DNA from: Geobacteraceae bacterium
GTDB taxonomy: Bacteria > Desulfobacterota > Desulfuromonadia > Geobacterales > DSM-12255
Assembly: GCA_041500085.1 (NCBI GenBank)
Contig: JBGQLM010000003.1
Coordinates: 108-64,107, forward strand
Reading direction: 5' to 3'
Length of the DNA: 64,000 nt
Part shown: positions 48,545 to 58,032 of the stretch, piece after piece
How positions within the stretch are numbered: the stretch's first letter is position 1
Layout: the number at the start of each line of letters is the position of its first letter
The notes under the pieces: model-generated
Seen by the model: the letters and a program-made list of their open reading frames with translations, nothing else
Databases searched by the model: none
Told to the model about the DNA's origin: nothing
Position numbers and translations under genes: made by a program

Positions 48545-50830
48545 TTATAGTTTGTTAATAAATACTTCTCTCGGTCTGCTCGTGCCGTCTGATGGGCCAA
48601 CAACACCCTCCTGCTCCATCTTTTCCATGATTCTCGCGGCGCGGTTATACCCTATCCGCAGTCTTCTCTGGATCATGGAAATCGATGCCTGACGAGCCTC
48701 TGCAACCAGCGCCAGTGCGGCGTCATACTGGGGATCGATTTCCTCGTCATCGTTACCGGAGCTCTTGCCGTCTGACTCCTTCATCTCCAGTATCGATTTT
48801 TCATACACGGGTTTCCCCTGTTTTTTAAGGAACTCCACTACTCTCAAAACCTCTGCATCTGAGACGAATGCCCCGTGAGATCTGATCATTTTGGCGGTTC
48901 CGGGCGGGAGAAAGAGCATGTCACCCATGCCGAGAAGGGATTCTGCGCCATTACAGTCGAGGATTGTCCTTGAGTCTGTCTTTGAAGAGACCTGGAAGGA
49001 GATGCGGGCAGGAAAGTTTGCCTTTATCAGGCCGGTTATGACATCCACAGAAGGGCGTTGAGTGGCAAGAATCAGATGAATCCCCGCAGCCCTGGCCATC
49101 TGGGCAAGTCTGGCAATCGACTCTTCGATATCTTTTCCTGCCACCATCATAAGGTCTGCAAGTTCGTCGACAATAACGACGATGTAGGGCAGGTGCCCAT
49201 GCTCAAGATGTTCCTCTTTGGCGAGGAACTCCTGAATCGCTGCATCATCAGTATCGATGAGTTCCTCCACTTCTTCCACGGAGACTGTGGCGTTTGCCTG
49301 AAGCTCTGCCACCTCCTTTTCTTCACGGAGCAGCTCCCTGTTATATGAGTCGATGTTCCGTACTCCCTTGTCCGACATCAAGCGGTAGCGTCGTCCCATC
49401 TCCTCTACTGCCCACTTGAGGGCGAGAGACGCTTTTTTCGGGTTTGTCACTACGGGAAGCAGGAGATGCGGGATGCCTTCGTAAATCGAAAGCTCAAGCA
49501 TCTTCGGGTCTACCATGATAAGTCGGACATCCTTCGGTGTAGCGGTATAAAGCAGAGAGAGAATCATGGTGTTGATCGCTACGGACTTGCCCGAGCCTGT
49601 GGCGCCTGCGACAAGAAGGTGAGGCGCTCTTGCCAGATCCATCACAAGGGGGTCTCCGCCTATATCCTTCCCCAGTGCCATCGGAAGCTTCATCTTCCCC
49701 TTGTGGAAGGTCTCACTGGAGAATATATCCTTCAGAAAGACCATCTCGCGGTCGCGGTTAGGGAGTTCGATGCCGACAACCCCCTTGCCGGGAATTGGCG
49801 CAACTATTCTAATTGCCAGCGCCTGTAGTGCCATCGAAAGGTCGTCAGCAAGCCCTGCGATCCGGCTCACCTTTATACCCGGGCCGGGTGAGAACTCATA
49901 CATCGTGATGACCGGGCCCGGACAGATCTCGATGACCTCTCCGTCTATGCCGAAGTCCTTGAGCTTTTTCTCCAGGAGTCTTGCGTTCATGGAGAGGGCT
50001 TCCCTGTCGATCCGCCGCTCTGTTGTGGGCGGAGTGTCAAGCAGGGAGAGCGGAGGGGTCATGAAATCCCCGTCATTTTCGATGAAATCGAAAGTCTCCT
50101 GAACCGGCTTGAACTTGTCACTCTCCTTCTTCTTCTCTTTTTTTGTCGGAAGCGCAGAGATGACCGGAATGGATACGGAAAGCGGTTTGATGACAGGGGT
50201 TCCGGGTTCGGAACTCTTTGCTTCCCTGCTTCCCAGAGATCTGTTCAAGGCTTTCTTCTCCTGCCGTCTGTTCCAGCGGTCGCTCGCTGCATTTATCCAC
50301 CAGTCCGCATAGAGGATGAATGAGAAGCGGGAGAGCACCATGACAGAAGCCGCCAGCATCGGGAGCAGCAGAAGGATTGCTCCCGGAGCACCGAGGTATC
50401 GCTTCAGGACTTCGGCAGCCTTGAAACCGATAACTCCGCCGGTATGAACGCGCTGGCCGAAAAGTTGGGTAAACTCGATGTTGAACGCGAAGATGGCCGA
50501 GATGGTGACCAGCATTCCTGTAAAAGCGGCTATCTTGTAGGCTTTCCAGCGAAATTCCTTGAAGCGCAGCGAGCGGTAGGAAAGGTACAGGAGCGATATT
50601 GGAATCGCATACGAGGATAGGCCGAAAAGCTGAAGTATCAGATCTGATATCTCGGCACCCAGCCTGCCGCCGAAGTTGTGTACGGAATGATCCGAGGAGA
50701 AGGTGTTGGAAGAGAAGTCGTCAGCCTTGAATGATAAAAGGGCCATCAGGAGAAACAGACCCGCAGCACCAATAAGCATTCCTTTTATCTCAACGGTCAG
50801 CCGTTCTTTTTTTTCTGCCTGATCGTCCAT
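48545..50830 (-). CDS. ftsK: DNA translocase FtsK
   Basis: 761 aa with N-terminal TM helices, a linker, the motor Walker A VAGATGSGKSV, a Walker B-like IVVIVDELADLM, and the C-terminal gamma winged-helix domain (SISMIQRRLRIGYNRAARIME). Confidence 0.92.
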   Translation of the reverse strand: MDDQAEKKERLTVEIKGMLIGAAGLFLLMALLSFKADDFSSNTFSSDHSVHNFGGRLGAEISDLILQLFGLSSYAIPISLLYLSYRSLRFKEFRWKAYKIAAFTGMLVTISAIFAFNIEFTQLFGQRVHTGGVIGFKAAEVLKRYLGAPGAILLLLPMLAASVMVLSRFSFILYADWWINAASDRWNRRQEKKALNRSLGSREAKSSEPGTPVIKPLSVSIPVISALPTKKEKKKESDKFKPVQETFDFIENDGDFMTPPLSLLDTPPTTERRIDREALSMNARLLEKKLKDFGIDGEVIEICPGPVITMYEFSPGPGIKVSRIAGLADDLSMALQALAIRIVAPIPGKGVVGIELPNRDREMVFLKDIFSSETFHKGKMKLPMALGKDIGGDPLVMDLARAPHLLVAGATGSGKSVAINTMILSLLYTATPKDVRLIMVDPKMLELSIYEGIPHLLLPVVTNPKKASLALKWAVEEMGRRYRLMSDKGVRNIDSYNRELLREEKEVAELQANATVSVEEVEELIDTDDAAIQEFLAKEEHLEHGHLPYIVVIVDELADLMMVAGKDIEESIARLAQMARAAGIHLILATQRPSVDVITGLIKANFPARISFQVSSKTDSRTILDCNGAESLLGMGDMLFLPPGTAKMIRSHGAFVSDAEVLRVVEFLKKQGKPVYEKSILEMKESDGKSSGNDDEEIDPQYDAALALVAEARQASISMIQRRLRIGYNRAARIMEKMEQEGVVGPSDGTSRPREVFINKL

Positions 50831-50924
50831 AATGTCCAGAGAATAGCATTAATTATGATGAATGGAAAATAAGAAACGAAGGGTGTTTTGAGCAAATGCT
50901 CCGTTGGATAGATGAAAACAGGGG

Positions 50925-52601
50925 TTACATTTCAAGTATAACAGGGAGTATAACCGGTCCGCGCTCTATGGTTTTCTTGAAGAAACGCTTCATGACGGCA
51001 CGGACCTCCTGCTTTACCTCAGTCCACTCACCCATAACCTCGATATTAAGCTGCTCAAGCCTCTCCATCACGAGCATTTTCGCCTGCTCCAGAAACTCCC
51101 TGCTCTCATCTTCAAAGACAAAACCTCGGGAGACGATATCAGGTCCGTAGATTATCCGGCCGCTCGACTGCTCGATGCCGATGATAACAACGACCATCCC
51201 GTCTTCAGAGAGATGCTTGCGGTCTTTCAGCACTATCTCGCCGACATCCCCTACCCCTTTGCCGTCGACGTATACTCGACCATGTTCGACCTTTTCGAGT
51301 ATGCAGGCCTCTCCTTCAGAGAAGGCTACCACATCACCGTTGGTCATTATGATGCAGCGTTCCTTGGGGATTCCGACCAGTTCGGCAAGTTGGGTGTGCT
51401 TTACAAGATGACGGTACTCTCCATGTACCGGAAGAAACCATTGTGGTCTGACAAGGTTCAGGATCAACTTCAGCTCTTCCCGGCTGGCATGGCCAGATAC
51501 ATGGACTTCCGAGACGTTTTCGTGAAAAACCTCGGCACCACGGCGATACAGATGATTTATGAGATCAGAGATTATTTTTTCATTTCCCGGGATGAACCTA
51601 GAAGAGAGGATTACGGTATCGCCTGCTTCAAGCTTGATCTGTTTGTGGTCATCCATGGCGATTCTGGTGAGAGCACTCATCGGTTCGCCCTGCGAGCCGG
51701 TCGTAATCATGCAGATCTTTTCTCTGGGGATTCGCGGTAGCTCTTTTAAATCGACCAGGGTGTCGTCCGGAATCCTTATGTATCCGAGTTCCCTGGCAAT
51801 CTGGACGTTAGCGAGCATTGACCGGCCGTTTAAGAGTACCTTCCTTCCGCAGTTGACTGCCGCATCGATAACCTGCTGAACGCGATGGATGTTGCTTGAG
51901 AAAGCCGCGACAATTATCCTTTCCCGGCATTTCGGGAAAATATTTTCAAAAGCATCGCCGACAAGCCGTTCGGAGAGGGTATAACCTTCGCGCTCAACAT
52001 TTGTTGAATCCGACAGAAGAGCAAGAACCCCTTGTTCTCCGTATCTGGCGAATGTTGTAAGGTCGGTCAGTTCGCCATCTACAGGGGTATGATCTATCTT
52101 GAAATCACCGGTGTGGATGACCACCCCTTCCGGAGTTGTGATCGCAAAAGCGCATCCATCCACAATCGAGTGGGCGACCCTGATGAATTCGATGGAAAAG
52201 CACCCGGCCTCGACAATTTCCCGAGGTTTTACGCAGACAAGTTCGACCGAGTTATCCAGATCGAACTCCTTCAGTTTCTCCCGAACAAATCCGATGGTAA
52301 GAGCTGTCCCGTAAACAGTCGGCTGAATGTCGCGCAGAATATACGGCAGGGCGCCGATATGGTCTTCGTGCCCGTGGGTAAGGAAAATTCCTCTGATTGA
52401 AGCTGTGCGGTCCATGAGGCAGGAGATATCCGGGATGACCAGGTCGACCCCGAGCATGTAAGGTTCGGGGAACATGAGTCCGCAGTCGACGATGATGATA
52501 TCGTCGCCATACTCGAAAAGCATCATGTTGAGGCCGATTTCGCCAAGGCCGCCCAGGGGGGTGATTTTCAGACCGGAAGTGTCTTTTTCAGAAAGTCCCA
52601 T
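50925..52601 (-). CDS. rnj: ribonuclease J
   Basis: I prefer the start at ATG 52601 (the track start at 52637 is a TTG and overlaps the upstream ORF). Motifs are the metallo-beta-lactamase THGHEDHIGALPY, plus beta-CASP and a C-terminal domain. Confidence 0.85.
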   Translation of the reverse strand: MGLSEKDTSGLKITPLGGLGEIGLNMMLFEYGDDIIIVDCGLMFPEPYMLGVDLVIPDISCLMDRTASIRGIFLTHGHEDHIGALPYILRDIQPTVYGTALTIGFVREKLKEFDLDNSVELVCVKPREIVEAGCFSIEFIRVAHSIVDGCAFAITTPEGVVIHTGDFKIDHTPVDGELTDLTTFARYGEQGVLALLSDSTNVEREGYTLSERLVGDAFENIFPKCRERIIVAAFSSNIHRVQQVIDAAVNCGRKVLLNGRSMLANVQIARELGYIRIPDDTLVDLKELPRIPREKICMITTGSQGEPMSALTRIAMDDHKQIKLEAGDTVILSSRFIPGNEKIISDLINHLYRRGAEVFHENVSEVHVSGHASREELKLILNLVRPQWFLPVHGEYRHLVKHTQLAELVGIPKERCIIMTNGDVVAFSEGEACILEKVEHGRVYVDGKGVGDVGEIVLKDRKHLSEDGMVVVIIGIEQSSGRIIYGPDIVSRGFVFEDESREFLEQAKMLVMERLEQLNIEVMGEWTEVKQEVRAVMKRFFKKTIERGPVILPVILEM

Positions 52602-52608
52602 AAAGTGC

Positions 52609-53013
52609 CTATCTTGCCGGCTGTATGGGGGGTTCAAGAAGCTTTATCTTCTCATCGCAAAGTGCAATCCATTTCAGCCCTGGAGTGATAAGGCCGTGAG
52701 TAGAGTAGAAGGCGCTTCGCAGAGCCCTGTAAGCGATCAGCGATTTTTCCCTCTCTCCTCTGGTTTCCATATCCCTGCCTATGATCCAGAGCCTGGCCGC
52801 GCTTCGCTCAACAAGCGGACTCAAGGGAGTATACATGTGAATTGCAGACTCGAATCCGGCAATGGCATTTATATGGTCGCCGGCTGCAAGCGATTTTTCT
52901 CCCCGGTTGTATTGAGACCATTGCCGAAACTGCGTGTCTGCGGCAAAGAGGAGAATTGACAGTGCAGTGATAAAAACTCCGTTGACTAAAATCGTTTTTG
53001 TTCTGTCCAGCAT
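52609..53013 (-). CDS. hypothetical membrane-anchored protein
   Basis: 134 aa with one N-terminal TM (ILVNGVFITALSILLF) and a helical remainder. I recognise no family. Confidence 0.5.
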   Translation of the reverse strand: MLDRTKTILVNGVFITALSILLFAADTQFRQWSQYNRGEKSLAAGDHINAIAGFESAIHMYTPLSPLVERSAARLWIIGRDMETRGEREKSLIAYRALRSAFYSTHGLITPGLKWIALCDEKIKLLEPPIQPAR

Positions 53014-53022
53014 CAGATCACC

Positions 53023-53199
53023 TTAGAAGAAGTTCGGAACGGTAAGGAGCAATACTCCTGCAAGTGAAGCAATTACGCCCAAGAGCGCAGCAATTGCGGC
53101 GAAGACCCGCCAGGGAGAGCGGATGCGGTAAGAGGCCGGCAGAGCCCAGGCAGTTAGAGCCAGTCCGGCAATTATCAAGGGGATATATCTAAAGCCCAT
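53023..53199 (-). CDS. small hypothetical membrane protein (2 TM)
   Basis: The track ORF (to 53331) overlaps plsC. ATG 53199, just after the plsC stop, gives a 58-aa protein MGFRYIPLIIAGLALTAWAL...LLGVIASLAGVLLLTV. Confidence 0.4.
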   Translation of the reverse strand: MGFRYIPLIIAGLALTAWALPASYRIRSPWRVFAAIAALLGVIASLAGVLLLTVPNFF

Positions 53200-53201
53200 T
53201 T

Positions 53202-53918
53202 CTAACTCTCCAGCCCGGTAGCGATTGCCCTCCGGACCTGATCCATAATTGACATCTGCAGGTTTTCCCCGTTCGACCTTGTCTGGATCGGGGGGCTGAA
53301 CTTTATCCTGATGATGCCAGGAAGAATGCATAATAAATTGTCAGGCGGGTTGATCTTCATGCTGCCGCTAATCGAAACAGGTATTATCGGTACAGCGGCT
53401 TTTGCTGCAAGGATGAACCCTCCCCTTTTAAACGGCAAGAGGTTGCCGTTATTTGAGCGAGTCCCTTCCGGGAAGATGGCAATGCTTGTCCCGCCGCGTA
53501 CAAGCTCTGCTGCTCTGTCGAGGCTTTTGAGAGAGTCTCGGCCATCGCCTCTGTTTACTGGAATATATCCTGCGGACAGCATTGAGCGTCCGAACAGCGG
53601 GATTTTGAAAAGTTCCTCTTTGGCAAGCCAGTTGAAGCGTATCGGAATAGCCTGAAAAAGGGCCGGTATGTCAAAGTTACCCTGGTGGTTGCTCATAAAG
53701 ATGACGGGCTGATCGCGCGGGATCAGTTCTGAACCGTCTACTTCGATTTTTACCCCGGCAGCAAGCAGGCACACTTTGCTCCAGAACAGCGCGACCTTGT
53801 GGTAAGTTCTTCCGCTTTGTTCGATAAATGTCGAGAGCAGGGCAATAATGCTGCATAAGAAAGTCCACGGGAATACAAACAGCAGATAGAGAGAGGCTCG
53901 CACCATATTGGAATTCAC
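53202..53918 (-). CDS. plsC: 1-acyl-sn-glycerol-3-phosphate acyltransferase
   Basis: 238 aa with the HX4D motif SNHQGNFDIP and FPEGTRS. Confidence 0.88.
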   Translation of the reverse strand: MNSNMVRASLYLLFVFPWTFLCSIIALLSTFIEQSGRTYHKVALFWSKVCLLAAGVKIEVDGSELIPRDQPVIFMSNHQGNFDIPALFQAIPIRFNWLAKEELFKIPLFGRSMLSAGYIPVNRGDGRDSLKSLDRAAELVRGGTSIAIFPEGTRSNNGNLLPFKRGGFILAAKAAVPIIPVSISGSMKINPPDNLLCILPGIIRIKFSPPIQTRSNGENLQMSIMDQVRRAIATGLES

Positions 53919-54127
53919 CCGACAATCATCGTAAATTACTGTTTTTTCCCATGAGAGTCAATGAAATAGCGCTTGCCAAAGGGGGGAGCTAGGGCTGAAG
54001 CTGGTTTGTCAGGGGATGACTGATGGATAGCAACTTTTTGTAGCAGGGTATTTAACAGGGTGGCGTCCGAATTATAATCAAGTAACAGTAAATAAAAAAG
54101 ATGATTTAAGTTACTTGAAAACAAATA

Positions 54128-54156
54128 TTGACGGGGTGAGGATGTTGTGGCATATT
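54128..54156 (+). promoter_or_regulatory. possible sigma70-type promoter at the head of the R-M island
   Basis: TTGACG (54128-54133), a 17-nt spacer, then CATATT (54151-54156). This would give a ~175-nt leader before the GIY-YIG gene. Confidence 0.3.
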
Positions 54157-54336
54157 CCTAACATGCAGTATCCGCTCCGAGAAAAACCCATGTGCGCTAA
54201 CACACGGGTTAACTCGGTAACTTTAACCGGCAGGCTGAGCCTGGTCGGTAGCTAAAGTCACTTCGTCGGCAAACCAAGTGTACGTCAGCTGCCATATCAA
54301 GTCAAGCCTTCCACAACCAGGCAAAGGAGATTTGAT

Positions 54337-54657
54337 ATGGCGGCAGAAGACAAGGTGACAGTGCGTGGGAAGTCAGGGGTAACACACGAGTTCGAGGTTT
54401 ACCGCTGGGGAACGACATTTTATCCCGTTGGCGGGTTGTATCTCGTCCTCAAGAAACAGCCAACTGGCAAGTACGATCTCCTGTATGTTGGCCAAACTGG
54501 AGATTTGTCAGAGCGATTTGACAATCACCACAAGCAAACCAGTTTCGATAGGCATGGCAAAAGCCACATTGCCGTGAAGGGGGAAGGTGCCGAGAAGAAT
54601 CGTCTTTCCATTGAGTCAGATTTGATTCAAAACTATCAACCGGTATGTAACGGGTAA
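54337..54657 (+). CDS. small GIY-YIG nuclease-domain protein
   Basis: 106 aa with GGLYLV...LLYVGQTGDLSERFDNH...ESDLIQNY. GIY/YIG-like strands are followed by the conserved Arg, His and Glu positions. A GGAG SD precedes the ATG. Confidence 0.6.
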   Translation: MAAEDKVTVRGKSGVTHEFEVYRWGTTFYPVGGLYLVLKKQPTGKYDLLYVGQTGDLSERFDNHHKQTSFDRHGKSHIAVKGEGAEKNRLSIESDLIQNYQPVCNG

Positions 54658-54678
54658 GAGAAAGGAGCCGGGCGCACC

Positions 54679-55281
54679 ATGAAAAGCAAAAATGTTCGCA
54701 TCCAGGACTGCGCCGATGTGCGGCCCGGCTACTCTTCAAAGGGTGCTATCGTCAACGAGCCGGATGGGAGCCTCCAGGTCATCACGGCGCAGCACGTCAC
54801 CAAAGGGGAGCCCTATTGCTACGTCGAGCACGCTCTCCTCATCACCCCTCCAAAATTTTACGAGAAATATCTGGTCCAACCGGGCGATATCCTCTTCATG
54901 TCACGTGGCTCCAACAACTATGCCGTGCTGGTTGAGGATGTACCGCAACCGGCAATTGCTCCCCTGACTTTCTTCATTCTGCGGCCAAAGCCGGGAGTTG
55001 AATCGGGCTATCTCGCCTGGTGTTTCGAACAGGAGTTTATGAAAGCCCGCTTGAACGAAATCCGTAGCGGTGCCGGTACACCGATGATCCCAAGCAACGC
55101 ACTCAGGGAGCTGACGATTCCGCTCCCACCGCTGGCGGTACAGCGGCAAATAGCGGCCCTTGGCAGGCTGCAAATGCTGGAAAAGAAGCTGCTGCAACAG
55201 TTGGTGGCAGAAGCGGAACGGCTAAATCAGGCAATCGGCAAACAATTACTTTCCAATTTCAATGGCAACGATAAGGAGTAG
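54679..55281 (+). CDS. hsdS: type I restriction-modification specificity subunit, half-size (single target-recognition domain)
   Basis: 200 aa. One TRD (GDILFMSRGSNNYAVLV...) is followed by one conserved helical region (LTIPLPPLAVQRQIAALGRLQMLEKKLLQQL). It ends 6 nt upstream of hsdM. Confidence 0.75.
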   Translation: MKSKNVRIQDCADVRPGYSSKGAIVNEPDGSLQVITAQHVTKGEPYCYVEHALLITPPKFYEKYLVQPGDILFMSRGSNNYAVLVEDVPQPAIAPLTFFILRPKPGVESGYLAWCFEQEFMKARLNEIRSGAGTPMIPSNALRELTIPLPPLAVQRQIAALGRLQMLEKKLLQQLVAEAERLNQAIGKQLLSNFNGNDKE

Positions 55282-55287
55282 CAGAAT

Positions 55288-56805
55288 ATGAGCCCTCAGA
55301 TATCCCAGCAAGAGATCAACGACATTCTCTGGAAGGCCTGCGACAGCTTTCGCGGCACCATCGACGCCAGCGAATACAAGGAGTACATCCTCACCATGCT
55401 GTTCGTGAAGTACATCTCGGACGTCTGGCAGGATCATTACGACGAGTTTCGGAAGCAGCTCGGCAATGACGAGGAGCGGATCAAGCGCAAGATGGAGCGG
55501 GAGCGGTTTGTCCTGCCTGACGAGGGCTCTTTCTACTACCTCTACGACAACCGTGAAGCCCCGAATTTGGGGGAGTTGATCAACATCGCCCTGGAAAAGA
55601 TCGAGATGGCCAACAAGGCCAAGCTCACCAATGTCTTCCGCAATATCGATTTCAACTCCGAGTCCCGACTCGGCAACACCCGCCAGAGGAACCGCATCCT
55701 CAAACTGATGCTGGAGGATTTCGGTGATCCCAAGCTGGACCTGCGCCCCACCCGGATCGGCAGCCTGGACATTATCGGCGGCGCCTATGAATACCTGATC
55801 GGCCGTTTTGCCGCCGATGCCGGCAAGAAGGCCGGCGAGTTCTATACTCCGCCGGTCGTTTCGATGCTCCTCGCCAAACTGCTCGATCCCAAACCGGGGG
55901 AGAGGATCTGCGACCCTGCGACCGGTTCGGGGTCGCTGCTGCTCAAGTGCGCCGCCCATGTGCGCAAGGTCTACAATAGCGAGGACTGCGCCCTGTTCGG
56001 CCAGGAAGCGATCAGCAGCACCTGGGCGCTCTGCATGATGAACATGTTCCTCCACAATGAAAACAGCCCGCGCATTGAGTGGGGCGACACCCTGCTGGAG
56101 CCGAAGCTGATCGAAAACGACAAGCTGATGCGTTTCGAAGTAGTGGTAGCCAACCCACCTTTTTCCCTCGACAAGTGGGGGGCGGACAAGGCCGGGGAAG
56201 AGGCCAAGCGCTTCAACCGCTGGCACCGCGGCACGCCGCCGAAGAGCAAGGGAGATTACGCCTTCATTTCCCACATGATCGAAACGACTACCCAGGGGAC
56301 CGGCCGGGTCGGCGTGGTCGTGCCACATGGCGTGCTGTTTAGGGGCGGGGCCGAAAGGAAGATCCGCCAGGCGTTCATCGAGGAAAATCTGCTGGATGCC
56401 GTCATCGGACTGCCGGCCAACCTCTTTTTCGGCACCGGCATCCCGGCAGCGATTCTCATCTTCCGCCGCGACCGGGGCGAGCGTACCGATGTCCTCTTCA
56501 TCGACGCCAGCCGCGAATTCGACAGCGGCAAGAATCAGAACGTGATGCGCGAGGACGTCGAGGTCGCCAAGATAGTCGAGACCTACCGCAGCCGGCAGAC
56601 GGTTGACAAGTATTCCTATCTGGCCAGCCGGGAGGAGATTCGGGAGAACGACTTCAACCTCAACATTCCCCGCTATGTGGATACCTTCAAGGAAGAAGCG
56701 GAGGTGGATATCACCGCAGTGCAGGAGCGGATTGTCGGCATCGAGAAGGAGCTGGCCGAGGTGCGAGGGCAGATGGCGGCGTGTTTGAAGGAGTTGGGGG
56801 TATAG
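55288..56805 (+). CDS. hsdM: type I restriction-modification N6-adenine DNA methyltransferase subunit
   Basis: 505 aa with an HsdM_N-like start (LWKACDSFRGTIDASEYKEYILTMLFVKYISD), SAM motif I DPATGSGSLL and catalytic VVANPPFS. Confidence 0.9.
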   Translation: MSPQISQQEINDILWKACDSFRGTIDASEYKEYILTMLFVKYISDVWQDHYDEFRKQLGNDEERIKRKMERERFVLPDEGSFYYLYDNREAPNLGELINIALEKIEMANKAKLTNVFRNIDFNSESRLGNTRQRNRILKLMLEDFGDPKLDLRPTRIGSLDIIGGAYEYLIGRFAADAGKKAGEFYTPPVVSMLLAKLLDPKPGERICDPATGSGSLLLKCAAHVRKVYNSEDCALFGQEAISSTWALCMMNMFLHNENSPRIEWGDTLLEPKLIENDKLMRFEVVVANPPFSLDKWGADKAGEEAKRFNRWHRGTPPKSKGDYAFISHMIETTTQGTGRVGVVVPHGVLFRGGAERKIRQAFIEENLLDAVIGLPANLFFGTGIPAAILIFRRDRGERTDVLFIDASREFDSGKNQNVMREDVEVAKIVETYRSRQTVDKYSYLASREEIRENDFNLNIPRYVDTFKEEAEVDITAVQERIVGIEKELAEVRGQMAACLKELGV

Positions 56806-56806
56806 G

Positions 56807-56844
56807 CTTCCCCCCTCCCGGCCTCCCCCCGCTGGGGGGAGGAG
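56807..56844 (+). repeat. GC-rich REP-like hairpin repeat, copy R1
   Basis: CTTCCCCCCTCCCGGCCTCCCCCCGCTGGGGGGAGGAG, with stem CCTCCCCCC (56822-56830) / GGGGGGAGG (56834-42). A second degenerate hairpin CCCTCCCC-agga-GGGGTAGGG lies at 56879-56899. Confidence 0.9.
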
Positions 56845-56936
56845 CTAAAAGCACGTCCTGGATGTAACTGATTTAGTTCCCTCCCCAGGAGGGGTAGGGC
56901 TTGGGAGGGGGAACCCGATCGTGGTACCAAAGAATT

Positions 56937-57008
56937 GACCATTTCGAGGATGACCTCGTTATGGTCTTAGCGGTTAAAGACCATTTTTCCCAAATGGGAA
57001 AAATGGTC
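56937..57008. promoter_or_regulatory. two tandem GACCAT...ATGGTC palindromes upstream of rhuM
   Basis: P1 (56937-56966) is GACCATTTCGAGG-atga-CCTCGTTATGGTC, which is imperfect. P2 (56979-57008) is GACCATTTTTCCC-aaat-GGGAAAAATGGTC, with perfect 13-nt arms. P2 ends 19 nt before the rhuM ATG. Confidence 0.7.
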
Positions 57009-57027
57009 GATATGTCAGGGAGGATAT

Positions 57028-58032
57028 ATGACAAAGGGCGAACTGATAATCTATACCACCGAAGACGGCCATGTATCCATGCAGTTGCGGGTACAGGATG
57101 GTACTGTCTGGCTCACCCAAATGGAGCTTGCTGAGCTCTTTGAGACTTCAAAACAGAATGTCAGCCTTCACATCAAGAACGTGCTGGAGGAAGGCGAACT
57201 CTCCGAAGATTCAGTTGTCAAGGAATACTTGACAACTGCCGCAGACGGTAAAAAGTATCATGTCAAGTATTACAATCTGGAAATGATCCTGGCCGTCGGC
57301 TACCGGGTCCGCTCCCTGCGTGGCACCCAGTTCCGGCAGTGGGCCACCAGCACCCTGAGCGAATACCTGGTCAAGGGATTTGCCATGGATGACAAGCGGC
57401 TCAAAGAGCCGGGCGGCTGGGACTTTTTCGACGAACTGCTCGAACGCATTCGTGACATCCGGGCATCTGAGAAACGCTTTTATCAGAAGGTGCGCGACAT
57501 ATATGCCACCAGCGTTGACTACGATCCGAAGAGCGAAGCGGCACAGCTCTTCTTCAAAAAGGTGCAGAACAAGATGCTTTGGGCCATCACCGGACATACC
57601 GCGCCTGAACTCATCAAGGAGCGAAGCAATGCCACACTCGCCAATATGGGACTTATGTCCTGGGATGGAAGTCGTGTCCGCAAGAAGGATGTGACCATAG
57701 CCAAGAACTACCTCAATCACGACGAAATCGAGGAGCTGAACCGGATCGTCACCATGTATCTCGATTATGCAGAGGATCAAGCCAAGCGCCGCAAGCAGAT
57801 GACCATGCAGGAGTGGAGCGAACGGCTTGATGCCTTCCTGTCGTTCAACGAGCGTGATGTGCTTACCCATGCGGGTCATTTGCAGGCTGTGGTAGCGGAG
57901 AAGCTTGCCTTGAGGCGGTATGAGGAGTTCGATATCCAGCGGCGCGAGACCGAGCGATTGGCGGCGGATCGGGAGGATTTGGCGGAGTTGGAGAGGATTG
58001 AGAGCGCAGTGTTGCCGAAGGAGAGGAAATGA
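57028..58032 (+). CDS. rhuM: RhuM-family protein
   Basis: 334 aa. ELIIYTTEDGHVSMQLRVQDGTVWLTQMELAELFETSKQNVSLHIKNVLEEGEL...VKEYLTTAADGKKY...VGYRVRSLRGTQFRQWAT...RASEKRFYQKVRDIYATSVDY closely matches the RhuM pattern as I remember it. The stop overlaps the next ATG (ATGA). Confidence 0.8.
   Translation: MTKGELIIYTTEDGHVSMQLRVQDGTVWLTQMELAELFETSKQNVSLHIKNVLEEGELSEDSVVKEYLTTAADGKKYHVKYYNLEMILAVGYRVRSLRGTQFRQWATSTLSEYLVKGFAMDDKRLKEPGGWDFFDELLERIRDIRASEKRFYQKVRDIYATSVDYDPKSEAAQLFFKKVQNKMLWAITGHTAPELIKERSNATLANMGLMSWDGSRVRKKDVTIAKNYLNHDEIEELNRIVTMYLDYAEDQAKRRKQMTMQEWSERLDAFLSFNERDVLTHAGHLQAVVAEKLALRRYEEFDIQRRETERLAADREDLAELERIESAVLPKERK

Noticed and set aside
53936-54124. 62-aa minus-strand ORF upstream of plsC
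   Set aside because: It lies in the promoter and junction region with no SD and no recognisable features.
55246-56328. 360-aa minus-strand ORF, plus 55971..56249 and 56256..56531
   Set aside because: They are antisense to hsdM, which has the NPPF and DPATGSGSLL motifs. The translation is rich in Ala/Gly/Val/Leu/Arg/Pro, as in a GC-rich shadow frame.
57211-57879. 222-aa minus-strand ORF
   Set aside because: It is antisense to the RhuM gene and has no motifs.
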